Counted from the first letter of the stretch, positions 1-14,401 are shown. The stretch is DNA of 64,000 nucleotides from an uncultured delta proteobacterium (GCA_963828255.1 CAWHDZ010000016.1:32001-96000); one strand, 5' to 3'. A program made the numbers and translations. The notes: a model not told the origin generated them from the sequence alone.

Positions 1-400
1 GGCCACCGAGGAGGATTTCCGCGGCAGGGTCTACATGGCCGCCGTGGTGCGGGCCTTTCCCGGCAAGACCAGCGGCGGCGGCGACCGGGTCCCCTCGCCG
101 GCCGAGATCGAGGCCAGCCGGGGATTCCTGGCGCGCGAGGTGGCCATCCTTCGCCCGCGCCTGGTGCTGCCGGTGGGGAGGCTCGCCATCGAGCAGGTGC
201 TGGGACGAGGGCCGCGGCTCGACCAGGTGGTGGGCCGGATGGTTCACCAGGAGTATCACGGGGCGGAGGTGGACGTGATCCCGCTGCCCCATCCCAGCGG
301 GGCCTCGACCTGGTTCAAGGTGGAGCCGGGCCGGACGCTGCTCGACCAGGCGCTGCGCCTGCTGGCCAGCCACCCGGAGATCCGCCGCGCCTTCCCGTAG
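1..400 (+). CDS. Uracil-DNA glycosylase family protein (5' partial)
   Basis: The frame is open from the window edge. It has LRPRLVLPVGRLA and the PLPHPSG motif typical of the UDG superfamily C-terminus. Confidence 0.75.
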   Translation, partial: ATEEDFRGRVYMAAVVRAFPGKTSGGGDRVPSPAEIEASRGFLAREVAILRPRLVLPVGRLAIEQVLGRGPRLDQVVGRMVHQEYHGAEVDVIPLPHPSGASTWFKVEPGRTLLDQALRLLASHPEIRRAFP

Positions 401-402
401 CG

Positions 403-1077
403 CTACCCGCGCGCCTTCTCCGCCGCCGCGCGGATGCCCGAGATGGCCTCGCGATAGTCGGGCGCTCCGAAGACGGCCGTGCCGGCCACGAAGGCGTTGG
501 CGCCGGCCTCGGCCACCGCACCCACCGTGGAGGCCTTGATCCCGCCGTCCACCTCGATGTCGAGCGCGAGGCCGCGCTCGTCGGCCATGCGCCGCAACCG
601 GCGCACCTTCTCGGTGACCGCCGGGATGTAGCTCTGGCCGCCGAAGCCCGGGTTCACCGACATGAGGAGGACGACGGAGACGTCGCCGAGGACGTACTCG
701 AGGGCGTCGAGCGGCGTCCCCGGGTTGAGCACCACGCCGGCCCGGGCGCCCGCGCCGCGGATGGCCTGGAGGGTGCGGTGCAGGTGGGGCGAGACCTCGG
801 CGTGGACGGTCAGGATGTCGGCGCCGGCCTTCACGAAGGGCTCCACGTACCGCTCCGGCTCGACGATCATGAGGTGCACGTCCACCGGGAGCCGGGTGAC
901 CTTGCGCACCGCCTCGACCACCAGCGGGCCGATGGTGATGTTGGGCACGAACCGGCCGTCCATCACGTCGACGTGGATCCAGTCGGCCCCGGCGGCCTCG
1001 ACGGCGCGGACCTCCTCGGCGAGACGCCCGAAGTCGGCGGAGAGGATGGACGGGGCGATGCGGATGGGCATCTTCAT
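403..1077 (-). CDS. rpe: Ribulose-phosphate 3-epimerase
   Basis: [32 protein letters not shown] and VDGG motifs. Confidence 0.97.
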   Translation of the reverse strand: MKMPIRIAPSILSADFGRLAEEVRAVEAAGADWIHVDVMDGRFVPNITIGPLVVEAVRKVTRLPVDVHLMIVEPERYVEPFVKAGADILTVHAEVSPHLHRTLQAIRGAGARAGVVLNPGTPLDALEYVLGDVSVVLLMSVNPGFGGQSYIPAVTEKVRRLRRMADERGLALDIEVDGGIKASTVGAVAEAGANAFVAGTAVFGAPDYREAISGIRAAAEKARG

Positions 1078-1086
1078 GGGGCCATC

Positions 1087-2406
1087 CTATTTCACCAGCC
1101 GCGCGGCGTAGAAGCCGTCGCCGCCGTGCAGGTCGGGGAGGGTGAGGAGGTCGCCCTCGGCGGTGAGGGCGTCCCCGGGGAAGCCCGGAGGCGGGGGGGC
1201 GCGGCGGGCGGCGTCGGCGATGCGGGCCACCACCCCGGGACCCTCGGCCCGGGAGAGGGAGCAGACCGAGTAGGTCACCGGCGCGCCGGGCTTCGCGTAG
1301 GCGAGCGCGTTTCGCAGGATGGCCTCCTGGAGGTCGGCGAAGCGGGGCAGGTCGGCGGCGGTGCGGCGGAGCTTCAGCTCGGGGTGGCGGCGCAGCGTGC
1401 CCAGCCCGGAGCAGGGCGCGTCCACCAGGACGGCGTCGAAGGTCGCCGGCTCGAGGCCGGGGATGGGCTTCGAGCCGTCGGCGCAGATGACCCGCACCGC
1501 GGCGAGCCCGCGCCGCTCCGCCTCGCGCCGGAGCGCATCGGCCTTGCGCGGGTGGATCTCCACCGCCACCACCTCGGACCCGGCCGGCAGGATCTCGGCG
1601 AGGTGGAAGGCCTTGCCGCCCGGGGCGGCGCAGAGGTCGAGGACGCGCAGCGGCCGGTCGCCGAGGCCTTCCGCGGCGAAGAGGGTGACGAGCTGGGCCG
1701 ACTCGTCCTGCACCTGGAACGGGATGCCCTTCGCCGCCCGCGCCACCTGCTCCACCGAGCCACCGCCCACCTCGACGCCGTGGGGCGAGCGCCCCGTGGC
1801 GTGCGCCTCGACCCCGCCCGCCTGGAGCGCGGCCAGGAGCTCGTCGCGCCGGGGCGAGCGCAGCACCAGCGGCGCCGGCCGGTTCATGGCGGCGGCCAGC
1901 GAGCGGGCCCGCGCCTCGCCGAGCCAGGCGATCCACTCGGCGGCGAGCCAGCCCGGGAGCGACTCGGAGACGGCCAGGTTGGCCACCGGGTCGAGGTCGG
2001 CCGGCGGCGGGGAGGGGGGCGACGGCGCCCGCGAGAGGGAGCGGAGCACGGCGTTCACGTACCCGGCCGCGCGCCCGTGGTCCACCGCCTTGGCGAGCGC
2101 GACCGCCTCGCCGACCGCCGCGTGGGCCGGGGTGCGCAGGAAGAGGAGCTGGTAGGCGCCCAGCCGCAGCGCCACGCGCGCGGCCGGGTCCACCCGGTCG
2201 AGGGCGCGCTTCGAGTGGGGCGCCAGGGCTGCGTCGAGCTGCAGCGCGCGGCGCAGCGTCCCGTAGACGAGCTCCGTGGCCAGCGCCGACTCGCGCGGGT
2301 CGATGACGCCCGCCTGGTCGAGCGCGGCGTCGAGCGCGCGGGAGGCGTAGGCGCCCCCCTCCTCGACCCGGCGCAGGACCTCGAAGGCGATCTCCCTGGC
2401 GTTCAC
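1087..2406 (-). CDS. rsmB: 16S rRNA m5C967 methyltransferase RsmB/Sun
   Basis: GTG start at 2406 overlaps the fmt stop. NusB-like N-terminus (ELVYGTLR, VNAVLR), then QDESAQ, DLCAAPGGK, DAPCSG and YSVCS. Confidence 0.93.
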   Translation of the reverse strand: MNAREIAFEVLRRVEEGGAYASRALDAALDQAGVIDPRESALATELVYGTLRRALQLDAALAPHSKRALDRVDPAARVALRLGAYQLLFLRTPAHAAVGEAVALAKAVDHGRAAGYVNAVLRSLSRAPSPPSPPPADLDPVANLAVSESLPGWLAAEWIAWLGEARARSLAAAMNRPAPLVLRSPRRDELLAALQAGGVEAHATGRSPHGVEVGGGSVEQVARAAKGIPFQVQDESAQLVTLFAAEGLGDRPLRVLDLCAAPGGKAFHLAEILPAGSEVVAVEIHPRKADALRREAERRGLAAVRVICADGSKPIPGLEPATFDAVLVDAPCSGLGTLRRHPELKLRRTAADLPRFADLQEAILRNALAYAKPGAPVTYSVCSLSRAEGPGVVARIADAARRAPPPPGFPGDALTAEGDLLTLPDLHGGDGFYAARLVK

Positions 2407-3329
2407 TGTCCGAGAACCGTGCCTTCCGGAAGCGGGTGCCCCTGGAGGAAATCCGAGGCCGGGACGCGCCGCTTCCCCTCCAGCTGGACCTCGGTGAGGA
2501 GCAGGGACGAACCCTCGCCGCAGCCCACCAGGATGCCTCCGGGGACGGCGCGGGCGGCGCCCGGGGCGAGCCCCGCGTCGCCCCCCGCGGCGGCGGCGTG
2601 GACCTTGAGCCCCCGCCCGCCGAGGGAGGTGAACGAGCCCGGCCAGGGGCGGAAGCCCCGCATGCGGGCGGCCAGCCGCGCGGCCGGCATCCGGAAGTCG
2701 AGCCGGCCGTGCTCCCTCTCGATCACCGGGGCCAGGGTGGCCCTGGCCCCGTCCTGCCGCACCGGAAACACCGCGCCCGACTCGAGCAGGCGGAGCGTCT
2801 CGCAGAGCGCCGCCCCGCCCAGCGCGGCCAGGCGCGGGAAGAGGGCCTCGGCGTCGTCGTCGCCGATGGCGATGGCCCTCTGGAGGAGGATGTCGCCGGT
2901 GTCGAGCCCGGCGTCCATCTGCATGATGGTGACGCCGGTCTCCCGCTCCCCCTCGGCGATGGCCCACTGGATGGGGGCCGCGCCCCGGTGGCGCGGGAGG
3001 AGCGAGGCATGGACGTTCACCGCGCCGTGCGGGGCGAGCCCGAGCAGGTCCTCGCCGAGGATGCGCCCGTAGGCCACGACCACCAGCAGGTCGGGGGAGA
3101 GGGCGCCGAGCAGCCCGGCCAGCACGCCGTCCCGCACCTTGGTGGGCTGGAGCACCGGGACGTCGCGCTCCCGCGCCCAGCGCTTGGTGGCCGGCTCGCG
3201 CAGTTCCTGATGGCGCCCGGCCGGCTTGTCGGGCTGGGCCACGACGACGGCGATCTGGTGCCCGGCCGCGACCAGCGCGTCGAGGACCGGGACGGCGAAG
3301 GCCGGCGTGCCGAGGAAGGCGATGCGCAT
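2403..3329 (-). CDS. fmt: Methionyl-tRNA formyltransferase
   Basis: MRIAFLGTPAFA, AQPDKPAGR, NVHASLLPRHRGAAPI and MDAGLDTGD; sits next to rsmB. Confidence 0.97.
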   Translation of the reverse strand: MRIAFLGTPAFAVPVLDALVAAGHQIAVVVAQPDKPAGRHQELREPATKRWARERDVPVLQPTKVRDGVLAGLLGALSPDLLVVVAYGRILGEDLLGLAPHGAVNVHASLLPRHRGAAPIQWAIAEGERETGVTIMQMDAGLDTGDILLQRAIAIGDDDAEALFPRLAALGGAALCETLRLLESGAVFPVRQDGARATLAPVIEREHGRLDFRMPAARLAARMRGFRPWPGSFTSLGGRGLKVHAAAAGGDAGLAPGAARAVPGGILVGCGEGSSLLLTEVQLEGKRRVPASDFLQGHPLPEGTVLGQ

Positions 3330-3331
3330 GA

Positions 3332-4708
3332 TCAGAGCCTGCCCTGCCGCCGCTTGCGGGCGGACGCCTTCAGCTTCCGGGCCGCGTCCCGGCTCTTCTG
3401 GCTGAAGGAGGAGGGAAGCACGTCGAAGGGGAGGAGCTTCGCGAGCAGCGGGAGCAGCACCATGCCGCCCGGGGCCGCGAAGATCGCCAGGGCGGGCACC
3501 GTCTTGGCGAGGTCGATGAGTTGCTCCTTCACCTTGCGCCGCTCGGCCGCGTCGAGCGGCTGCCCGGCGGCCGCCTTGGTGAGCAGGGTTCCGAGCTCGC
3601 CGGTCTCCCGCAGTTCGCGCGCGATGGCATCGAGGTTCTCGGTGACCACCGCGGCCACCTTGTCCATCATCCGCTCTCCGAAGTCGTTCCACTCGTCGGC
3701 GAGCAGCCCTCCCTCGGTCTCGACCGGGAGGCCGAAGGCCCGGAACCAGGCCTGGTGGTCGGCATGGAAGGCGGCGGCGTCCACCTGCATGGCGGCCAGC
3801 CGGTCGGCCGGGATCTCGGCTGCACTGGCGAACCGGGCCAGGTAGTCCCCTCGCGGCGTGGACCCCGCGGGCATGCCGAGGGAAGCGAGGATGAGTTGCT
3901 CGACCAGGAAGTGGCGGAGCCGAGGGGGGGTGTCCTGGACGACCTCCTCCGGGTTCCGCGCGGCGGATGCCGCGGTCCGTGCGGCCTGGACCCGCTCCCG
4001 GTCCAGCCCGATGCGCTCCACCTGCCGGGAGATCACGCGGCGGAGCGGACGGGGCGCCAGCGGGTCGGCGGTGGCCAGGCCGGCCATGGCCTCCACGAGC
4101 AGGAGTTCCTCGTCGCGGGCCTGGTCCAGCTCGGCGAGGGCGTCGTCGGGCTCGAGCTTCAGGTTGCTGAAGTAATCGAGCGCCAGCCGCGCCATCAGGC
4201 GGCGCTGGATGGCGACGGTGCCGGCGTAGAGCGGCAGACCCTTCTCGGGATCCCCGGGAGGGAAGTGCAAGCGGAGGAGGTGGGGCCCGGCCCTGGCCAG
4301 CGTGCGTCGCACCTGGGCGGCGGAGGGGGCGACGCCCCTCCTGGGCGCGACCGCCTGGGCGCCGGCCACGTCGCCGGTGGCTGCGGCCAGGACGGTGGCG
4401 AGCTCGGCGCGGCGGACCGCTGGATCGAAGGGAACCTCGAGGAGGGCGGCCAGGTCGAGGAGCATGACGAGGTGGCCGTCCACCGTGCCCACCGAGGTCT
4501 CGTCGTCCATGGACTGCCGGTCGAGCAGCCGGTGGCGCAGCGACCGGGCCACCAGCATGCGCGCGCGGGCCTCGGCGTCGGGCCCCTCCGGGTCGGCGTC
4601 GCGGAGCTCGCGGGGCAGGCGGCCGCGCACCACGGCGGGGTCGTGCCCGTCGAGGCGCGCGTCGATGGCTGCCGAGAGCCAGTCCTTGGAGTCGAGTGGG
4701 CCGCCCAT
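3332..4708 (-). CDS. Hypothetical protein with C-terminal LETM1-like domain
   Basis: The C-terminal [34 protein letters not shown] resembles the LETM1-like segment. The rest is helical and unassigned. Confidence 0.6.
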   Translation of the reverse strand: MGGPLDSKDWLSAAIDARLDGHDPAVVRGRLPRELRDADPEGPDAEARARMLVARSLRHRLLDRQSMDDETSVGTVDGHLVMLLDLAALLEVPFDPAVRRAELATVLAAATGDVAGAQAVAPRRGVAPSAAQVRRTLARAGPHLLRLHFPPGDPEKGLPLYAGTVAIQRRLMARLALDYFSNLKLEPDDALAELDQARDEELLLVEAMAGLATADPLAPRPLRRVISRQVERIGLDRERVQAARTAASAARNPEEVVQDTPPRLRHFLVEQLILASLGMPAGSTPRGDYLARFASAAEIPADRLAAMQVDAAAFHADHQAWFRAFGLPVETEGGLLADEWNDFGERMMDKVAAVVTENLDAIARELRETGELGTLLTKAAAGQPLDAAERRKVKEQLIDLAKTVPALAIFAAPGGMVLLPLLAKLLPFDVLPSSFSQKSRDAARKLKASARKRRQGRL

Positions 4709-4765
4709 GAGACGCCGAGTGTACCGTGCGCCGGGGCGGCGCGGGACTCCACCTGCCGGATGGCC

Positions 4766-5839
<1,074 letters not shown>

Positions 5840-5950
5840 CTTCACCGCTCCTTGTCGGGGCGCGCCGCGCCCCCTCGTACGTCCGTTCGTTCGTTCCGAC
5901 GACCCGCCTCATAGCAGGGGGGTCCGACAGCGGACCTGAACGGAAGGATA

Positions 5951-5966
5951 CTGAACATCCGTACAA
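5951..5966. promoter_or_regulatory. Putative LexA (SOS) box upstream of recA
   Basis: CTGAAC-ATCC-GTACAA is an imperfect CTGAAC-N4-GTTCAG palindrome resembling the Myxococcus-type LexA site, about 110 bp upstream of recA. Confidence 0.5.
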
Positions 5967-5999
5967 AAGCAAGGAAGCGGACAGGCCAGCAGGGAAGCG

Positions 6000-6597
6000 T
6001 CACCCCGCCGGCGCCCCGTCTCCCGGAGTGCCCAGCCGCGCCCGCAGCACCGGCTCATAGCGGGCGCCGCCCGGATCGGTGTGGGAGCGGAAGAGGACCA
6101 CCTCCTCGGCCCGCCAGGGGATCGGTTCCGCGTCCCCGGCGGCGGCGATGGCGCCTCCCAGCCCGGCCGCGCCCCGCCCGTCGCGCGATCGACCGAAGGT
6201 GAAGTGCGGCGTGAAGGCCCGTTCCCCGGCCGGAAAGCCCAGCGGCCCGAGCGCGCGCCCCAGGGCCTCGACCAGCGCCCCGAGCCCCGCGAGATCCCCC
6301 CCACGCCGCCCCAGACCACCCGCGACCTCCGCGCCGTCGGGAAGCCCCCGGCCCCGCGCACCTCGAGCCGCAGCGGCCGCGCGCCGGCCGCCACCCCCTC
6401 GACCGCGTCGCGGATCGCCGCGAGCCGCTCCTCCGGCACCGCGCCCAGGAACTGGAGCGTCAGGTGCATCCTGTCCGGCTCCACCCAGCGGACCGCGTCG
6501 GCGTGGACCCCCGCCGCCCCCCGCAGCCCGGCCTGCGCCGCGGCCAGGCGCCGCCGCACCGGGTCGGGCGGCTCGAGCGCCACGAAGAGGCGCAGGT

Positions 6598-6601
<4 letters not shown>
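6000..6601 (-). pseudogene. thpR: RNA 2',3'-cyclic phosphodiesterase (2'-5' RNA ligase), frameshifted; probably a sequencing indel
   Basis: RLFVALEPP start. The first HxT (HLTLQFLG) and second HxT (PHFTFGR) lie in different frames. Adding one base to the C7 run at 6296-6302 gives a 200-aa intact protein. Confidence 0.85.
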
Positions 6602-8433
<1,832 letters not shown>

Positions 8434-8436
8434 GGG

Positions 8437-9867
8437 CTATGTTCCCTTTCCGGACTTCTTCATGGCCGCCCGCTTGCGGGCCCAGCCGTTCTTGTTCACC
8501 TGCCGCGCGCGTCCGAGCGCCAGCGCGCCGGGGGCCACGTCCTCGGTCAGGGTCGAGCCGGCGGCCAGGTAGGCCCCCTTGCCGATGGAGATGGGGGCCA
8601 CCAGGATGGAGTCGGATCCCACGAAGACCCCGTCGCCGATGCGGGTGGGGTGCTTCCGCTCCCCGTCGTAGTTGCAGGTGATGGTCCCGCAGCCCACGTT
8701 CACGTCGGCGCCGATGGTGGCGTCGCCCAGATAGGCGAGGTGGTTCGCCTTGGAACGCTTGCCCATCGAGGTCTTCTTGAGCTCGACGAAGTTTCCGACG
8801 TGGACCCCCTCGGCGAGCGAGGCCTCCGGGCGAAGCCGCGAGAATGGACCGACCCGGCAGCCGTCGCCGACCCGGGCCCGATCCAGGTGGCAGTAGGGCA
8901 GCATCTCCACGCGGTCGCCCACCACGGTGTCGGAGAGGATGCACCCCTGGCTGATGACGCAGCCCGAGCCGATGCGGGTCGTCCCGCGCAGCCGCACGCT
9001 GGGCTCGATGATCGTGTCCGGCCCGACCTCCACCCCGTCGTCGGCGTCGAACCGCTCCGGGTCCTCGAGCGTGACCCCCGACTTCATGAGCGCCGAGGCG
9101 ATGCGCCGGGTCATGGCGCGGATGGCCAGCGACAGGTCCTCCAGGTCGTTCACCCCCTGCGCCTCCATCGGGGAGACCCGCACCGCCACCGCCCCCGGTC
9201 CGTCGGCGGCCAGCGCCACCAGGTCGGTCAGGTAGAACTCGCGCTGGGCGTTCTTGGCGTCCACCTGGGCCAGCGTGGTCCAGAGGAACTCCGCGTCGGC
9301 GACGTAGAGGCCGGCGTTCACTTCCCGGATCTGCCTCTCCTCGGGCGTGGCGTCCTTCTCCTCGACGATGAGCGCCGGCCCCTTCCCGGGGGCGTGGACC
9401 ACCCGCCCGTAGCCGGACGGGTTCTCGAGGTCCATGGTGGCGAAGGCCAGCGACTGCGGGCCCGTGCGCGCGCCCACCACCGAGGCCAGCGTGTGGGTGG
9501 TGAGGAGCGGCGTGTCGCCCGAGAGGATCACCACCGGGCCGCGGAAGCCGCGCAGCGAGGCCTTGGCCGCCAGCACGGCGTGGGCGGTTCCGAGCTGCTT
9601 CTCCTGGCGGGCGAAGTGCAGCGGCGCGCCGGGAATGGCGGCGCGGAGGGCGGCCTCCACCTCGTCCCCCTGGTGCCCGACCACCACGACCACCGGGTCG
9701 GCGCCCGCCTCGAGGGCCCGCTTCACCGGGAAGTAGACCATCGGCCGCCCGCACACCCGGTGCAGGACCTTGGCGCGCACCGTCTTCATGCGCGTGCCCT
9801 TCCCGGCGGCGAGGACGATGGCGGCGAGCGGGGAGCTTCCCTTCCGCTTCTTCGAGGGCGTGGGCAT
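8437..9867 (-). CDS. glmU: Bifunctional UDP-GlcNAc pyrophosphorylase/GlcN-1-P acetyltransferase
   Basis: LAAGKGTRMK, QLGTAHAV, EFYLTD and hexapeptide repeats with GNFVELK and TCNYDG. Confidence 0.98.
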   Translation of the reverse strand: MPTPSKKRKGSSPLAAIVLAAGKGTRMKTVRAKVLHRVCGRPMVYFPVKRALEAGADPVVVVVGHQGDEVEAALRAAIPGAPLHFARQEKQLGTAHAVLAAKASLRGFRGPVVILSGDTPLLTTHTLASVVGARTGPQSLAFATMDLENPSGYGRVVHAPGKGPALIVEEKDATPEERQIREVNAGLYVADAEFLWTTLAQVDAKNAQREFYLTDLVALAADGPGAVAVRVSPMEAQGVNDLEDLSLAIRAMTRRIASALMKSGVTLEDPERFDADDGVEVGPDTIIEPSVRLRGTTRIGSGCVISQGCILSDTVVGDRVEMLPYCHLDRARVGDGCRVGPFSRLRPEASLAEGVHVGNFVELKKTSMGKRSKANHLAYLGDATIGADVNVGCGTITCNYDGERKHPTRIGDGVFVGSDSILVAPISIGKGAYLAAGSTLTEDVAPGALALGRARQVNKNGWARKRAAMKKSGKGT

Positions 9868-9952
9868 GGTGTCGAGGCTAGGTCCGCGGAGCCCGGGAAT
9901 CAAGAACCGCCCTCCAGGTATCCTGCCGCCGGGTCGTGCTACCCATGGGGGC

Positions 9953-11608
9953 ATGACCGCCGCACCCCTCCTGGTAGCGCTCCTCCTCGCCCACGTGGCC
10001 GTCTCGCCACGCGGCGCCGTCGCCGCCGCCCACCCGGCGGCGAGCGAGGCCGGGGCGGCCGTCCTGCGGGCGGGGGGAAACGCCGCAGACGCGGCCGTGG
10101 CCGCCGCCTTCGCGCTCTCGGTGGCCGAGCCGCAGAGCTCCGGGATCGGGGGCGGTGGCCTGGCGCTGGTCTACGTGGCCCGGGAGGACCGGGTGTACGC
10201 CGTGGATTTCCGCGAGACCGCCCCGGCAGCCGCCACGAAGGACATGTTCCTCGTGGACGGCAAGCCCGACCCGCTGCGCTCCCGCTGCGGGGGGCTCTCC
10301 GTGGCCGTTCCCGGCGCCGTGAAGGGCTACGCGGAGATCGCGCGCCGCTTCGGCCGGAAGCCTCTGCCGGAGCTGGTCGCGCCGGCGGTGAAGCTCGCCC
10401 GGGAAGGGGTCTCGGTCGGCCGCGGCTGGCGGGGCGGGGCGGTGGCCGCGCGGGCCTGCCTGCGCCAGGACCTCGCCGGGGCGGCGATCTTCCTCGACGG
10501 CGGGGAGCCGCACGAGCCCGGGTCCCGGGTGGTGCAGAAGGACCTGGCCGCGACCCTGAAGCTCCTCGGGCGCGACCCGGAGGCCTTCTACCGCGGCCCG
10601 CTCGCCGAGCGGATCGCGGCGGCCGTCCGGGCCCGCGGCGGGGTGATGACCGCCGCAGACCTGGCCGGGTACCGGACCCGCGCCCGCGAGGTGCTCTGGG
10701 GGGAATTCCGGGGCCACCGGGTGGCGAGCTTTCCGCCCCCGTCGGCCGGCGGGGCCATCGTGCTCGGCCTCCTGCGGGTGCTCGAGGCCCAGGATCCGCG
10801 GGACGCCGCGCGGTCCGCGGAGGGGTACCTCCACGCATTCGTCGAGGCCGAGAAGCGGCTCTTCGAGCGGCGGGGCGGCGCGCTCGCCGACCCGGACTTC
10901 GCGCCCGGCGCCGACGCGGTGGCCCGGGACATGGCCTCCCCGGCGTTCGCGGAGGCCGTCCGGGCCGGGATCGGGGAGCGGGCGTCGGGGCCGGGAGGGC
11001 CCGGGGCCGCGCCCGCCGCCGGGCACACCTCCCACGTGTCGGTCGTGGACGCGGAGGGGAACGCGGTGGCGCTCACCACCACGGTGAACCTCCAGTTCGG
11101 GTCGGGCGTGGTGGTCCCCGGGACCGGGATCCTGCTCAACGACGAGATGGACGACTTCGACGCGGCCCCGGGCGCCCGGAACGCCTTCGGTCTCGAGGGT
11201 GGGGACCTGAACCTGCCGGCGCCGGGGAAGCGCCCGCTCTCTTCGATGTCGCCCACCCTGGTCTTCGGCCCGGACGGGAAGCTGCTGCTCGCCGTCGGCT
11301 CGCCCGGCGGGAGCACCATCCCCTCCACCGTCGCCTGGGCCATCGTCCGGCTCCTCGACGGCCGGATGGCGCTCGACCAGGCGCTCGGCACGCCCCGCAT
11401 CCACCACCAGTGGAGGCCGGACGTGATCGTGGCCGAGCCCGGCGCCCTGCAGGACGCCACCCGGCGCGCGCTGGAGGCCCGCGGGCACCGCGTCGAGGAG
11501 ATCGCCGGCCCGTTCGGCAACCCGCAGGCGGTCCGGGTGGACCCCGCCACCGGCTGGCGGGAGGGGGCGAGCGAGCCCCGCCTGGACGGCCGGGCCGCGG
11601 CGCCCTGA
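9953..11608 (+). CDS. ggt: Gamma-glutamyltransferase
   Basis: Signal-like N-terminus, GGNAADAA, SGIGGGG, DFRETAP, HTSHVSVVD (catalytic Thr), LNDEMDDF and KRPLSSMSP. Confidence 0.95.
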   Translation: MTAAPLLVALLLAHVAVSPRGAVAAAHPAASEAGAAVLRAGGNAADAAVAAAFALSVAEPQSSGIGGGGLALVYVAREDRVYAVDFRETAPAAATKDMFLVDGKPDPLRSRCGGLSVAVPGAVKGYAEIARRFGRKPLPELVAPAVKLAREGVSVGRGWRGGAVAARACLRQDLAGAAIFLDGGEPHEPGSRVVQKDLAATLKLLGRDPEAFYRGPLAERIAAAVRARGGVMTAADLAGYRTRAREVLWGEFRGHRVASFPPPSAGGAIVLGLLRVLEAQDPRDAARSAEGYLHAFVEAEKRLFERRGGALADPDFAPGADAVARDMASPAFAEAVRAGIGERASGPGGPGAAPAAGHTSHVSVVDAEGNAVALTTTVNLQFGSGVVVPGTGILLNDEMDDFDAAPGARNAFGLEGGDLNLPAPGKRPLSSMSPTLVFGPDGKLLLAVGSPGGSTIPSTVAWAIVRLLDGRMALDQALGTPRIHHQWRPDVIVAEPGALQDATRRALEARGHRVEEIAGPFGNPQAVRVDPATGWREGASEPRLDGRAAAP

Positions 11609-12331
11609 CAAAAGGCCCCGTGCTCTTCGACGCCCACCTGCGCGGCGACGCCCTCTCCTCCCGGGACGTGGCCGACCTGCGATTCTTCGGCGTGGTGGGG
11701 GCGCTCTGGCCTCTGGCCGGCCGCGGCGGACCGGCCGGCGCCGCCGGCCTGCGCAGGGGCTGGGGGGAGATTTCACTCGGAGTGACAAGGCTCCGCCGGG
11801 CCGGCCTGGGCGCCTTCGCGGCGCTCTCCGTCCCGCCCGGGCGGATCCCGGTCCGGGGCGTCGAGGCCCTGCTGGCCGAGCTGCCGGAGTGGCTCTCCCG
11901 GCGGGGGGTGGCCGCCATCGGCCCCGTCGGCCCGGGGGCCGGGACCCCGCGCGAGGAGGAGCTCTTCTCCCGCCAGCTCGAGATGGCCGCCCTGCTGCGC
12001 CGCCCGGTGCTCGTGGCCGCGCCGGATCGCGACCCGGTGCGGGCCACCCGCCGGGCGGTCGCGGTCCTGCGGGAGAGCGGCGTGGCGCCGGAGCGGGTGC
12101 TGGTGGACGGGGCCGACGCCCGCACCGTCCGCATCCTGCGGGCCGTGGGCTACTGCGCGGTGCTCTCCCTCCCCACCGCCCCGGGCGGCCTCGATGAAGC
12201 GGCCCGCCTGGTCCGGTCGCTGGGGCCCGAGGGCATCGCGCTGGCCTCGCACTCCGGCGACGGGTTGGGGGACCTGCTGGCCCTGCCGCGCGCCGCCGAC
12301 CGCATGGCGCGCCTGGGCCTGTCCGGGGCGG

Positions 12332-12832
<501 letters not shown>

Positions 12833-12845
12833 GGCGCCCCCCGGA

Positions 12846-13781
12846 TCAGTGGATGCCCTGCTCGCCCAGGAAGCGCTCGGCGTCGATGGCCGCGGCGCAC
12901 CCCGATCCGGCCGCCGTCACCGCCTGCCGGTAGTTCGGGTCGGCCACGTCGCCGGCGGCGAAGACCCCTTCACGGCTGGTATGGGTGGAGGGCGCCTTCA
13001 CGTTCAGGTAGCCGACCTCGTTCATGTCGAGCTGCCCCTTGAAGACCCTGGTGTTGGGCTCGTGGCCGATGGCCAGGAAGAAGCCCTTCACGGGAAGCTC
13101 CCGGGTGCTCCCGTCCTTCGTGCTCTTGAGCCGCAGCCCGGTCACGGTCTTGCCGTCTCCGAGCACCTCCTCGACCGCGGCGTGCCAGACGAACTCGATC
13201 TTGGGGTTCTTGCGGGCCCGCTCCTGCATCACCTTGGACGCGCGCAGCTCGCCGCGCCGGTGCACCAGGTAGACCTTGCTCGCGTACTTGGTGAGGAAGG
13301 TGGCCTCCTCGAGCGCGGTGTCGCCGCCTCCCACCACCGCGATGTCGACGCCCCGGAAGAAGAAGCCGTCGCAGGTCGCGCAGGCCGACACGCCCTTGCC
13401 CTGGTAGGCCTTCTCCGACGGGATCCCCAGCCACTTGGCCGAGGCTCCGGTGGCGATGATCACGGCGTCGGCGGTGTAGCTCTCCCCCTCGCTCCAGAGC
13501 TGGAACGGCCGGGTCGAGAGGTCCACCCGGGTCACCTCGGCGGGGACGAGGCGGGTGCCGAATCGCTCGGCCTGGGCCTTCATCCGCTCCATGAGCTCGG
13601 GCCCCATCACCCCCTCGGCGAAGCCGGGGTAGTTCTCGACCTCGGTGGTGATGGTGAGCTGCCCGCCGGGCTGCATCCCCTCGAAGAGGAGCGGGGCGAG
13701 GTTGGCGCGCGCTGCGTAGAGCGCCGCGGTGTAGCCGGCCGGGCCTGAGCCGACGATCACCAGCTTCTCGTGCTGGGGCAT
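12846..13781 (-). CDS. trxB: Thioredoxin-disulfide reductase
   Basis: [27 protein letters not shown] and FAAGDV. Confidence 0.98.
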   Translation of the reverse strand: MPQHEKLVIVGSGPAGYTAALYAARANLAPLLFEGMQPGGQLTITTEVENYPGFAEGVMGPELMERMKAQAERFGTRLVPAEVTRVDLSTRPFQLWSEGESYTADAVIIATGASAKWLGIPSEKAYQGKGVSACATCDGFFFRGVDIAVVGGGDTALEEATFLTKYASKVYLVHRRGELRASKVMQERARKNPKIEFVWHAAVEEVLGDGKTVTGLRLKSTKDGSTRELPVKGFFLAIGHEPNTRVFKGQLDMNEVGYLNVKAPSTHTSREGVFAAGDVADPNYRQAVTAAGSGCAAAIDAERFLGEQGIH

Positions 13782-13880
13782 GTTTCCTCCGCGTGTGTGG
13801 GGGGGACGCGATCGATCTAGCCCCTTCGAGCCCGGAAGTCACGGAGAGGTTCGGGTCGGATCGCGTGCTAGCATCGGCCC

Positions 13881-14351
13881 GTGATCGACAGCGTGCTGCG
13901 CCACTGCGCCCTCTTCGAGACCCTCTCCTCCGACCAGCTGGCCAAGGTGGAGGAGATCGCGAGCCCGAGGGACTACCAGGCCGGGGAGGGCATCTTCCGG
14001 GAGGGCGCGCTGGGCGACGTGATGTACGTGGTCGTGAACGGGACCGTCCGCATCTCGAAGGAGATCCCGGGGGCTGGCGAGGAGGCCCTCACCCTGCTCG
14101 GGCCCGGAAGCTACTTCGGCGAGATGGCCGCCATCGACGACGCTCCCCGTTCGGCCGACGCCTTCGCCCACACCGGCTGCTCGCTCCTCGCCATCCGGCG
14201 CGAGGACCTGGACCGGCTCATGTTCCTCGACAAGGACCTGGCCTACGCGCTCCTGTGGGCGTTCGTGCGGACGCTGTCGTCGCGCCTCCGGGAGACGAGC
14301 GAGAAGCTCCGCTCGTTCTTCGTCTTCGCCGGTCCCGGTCCCGGGACCTAG
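13881..14351 (+). CDS. Stand-alone cyclic nucleotide-binding domain protein
   Basis: IFREG..GD.MYVV..G.V and the FGEMA...PRSA phosphate-binding cassette; no HTH domain. Confidence 0.85.
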   Translation: MIDSVLRHCALFETLSSDQLAKVEEIASPRDYQAGEGIFREGALGDVMYVVVNGTVRISKEIPGAGEEALTLLGPGSYFGEMAAIDDAPRSADAFAHTGCSLLAIRREDLDRLMFLDKDLAYALLWAFVRTLSSRLRETSEKLRSFFVFAGPGPGT

Positions 14352-14401
14352 CGCCCCAATTGGGTCTGCAGGCACCCCGGGTCAGACGGCACGGCCCGCA
14401 C

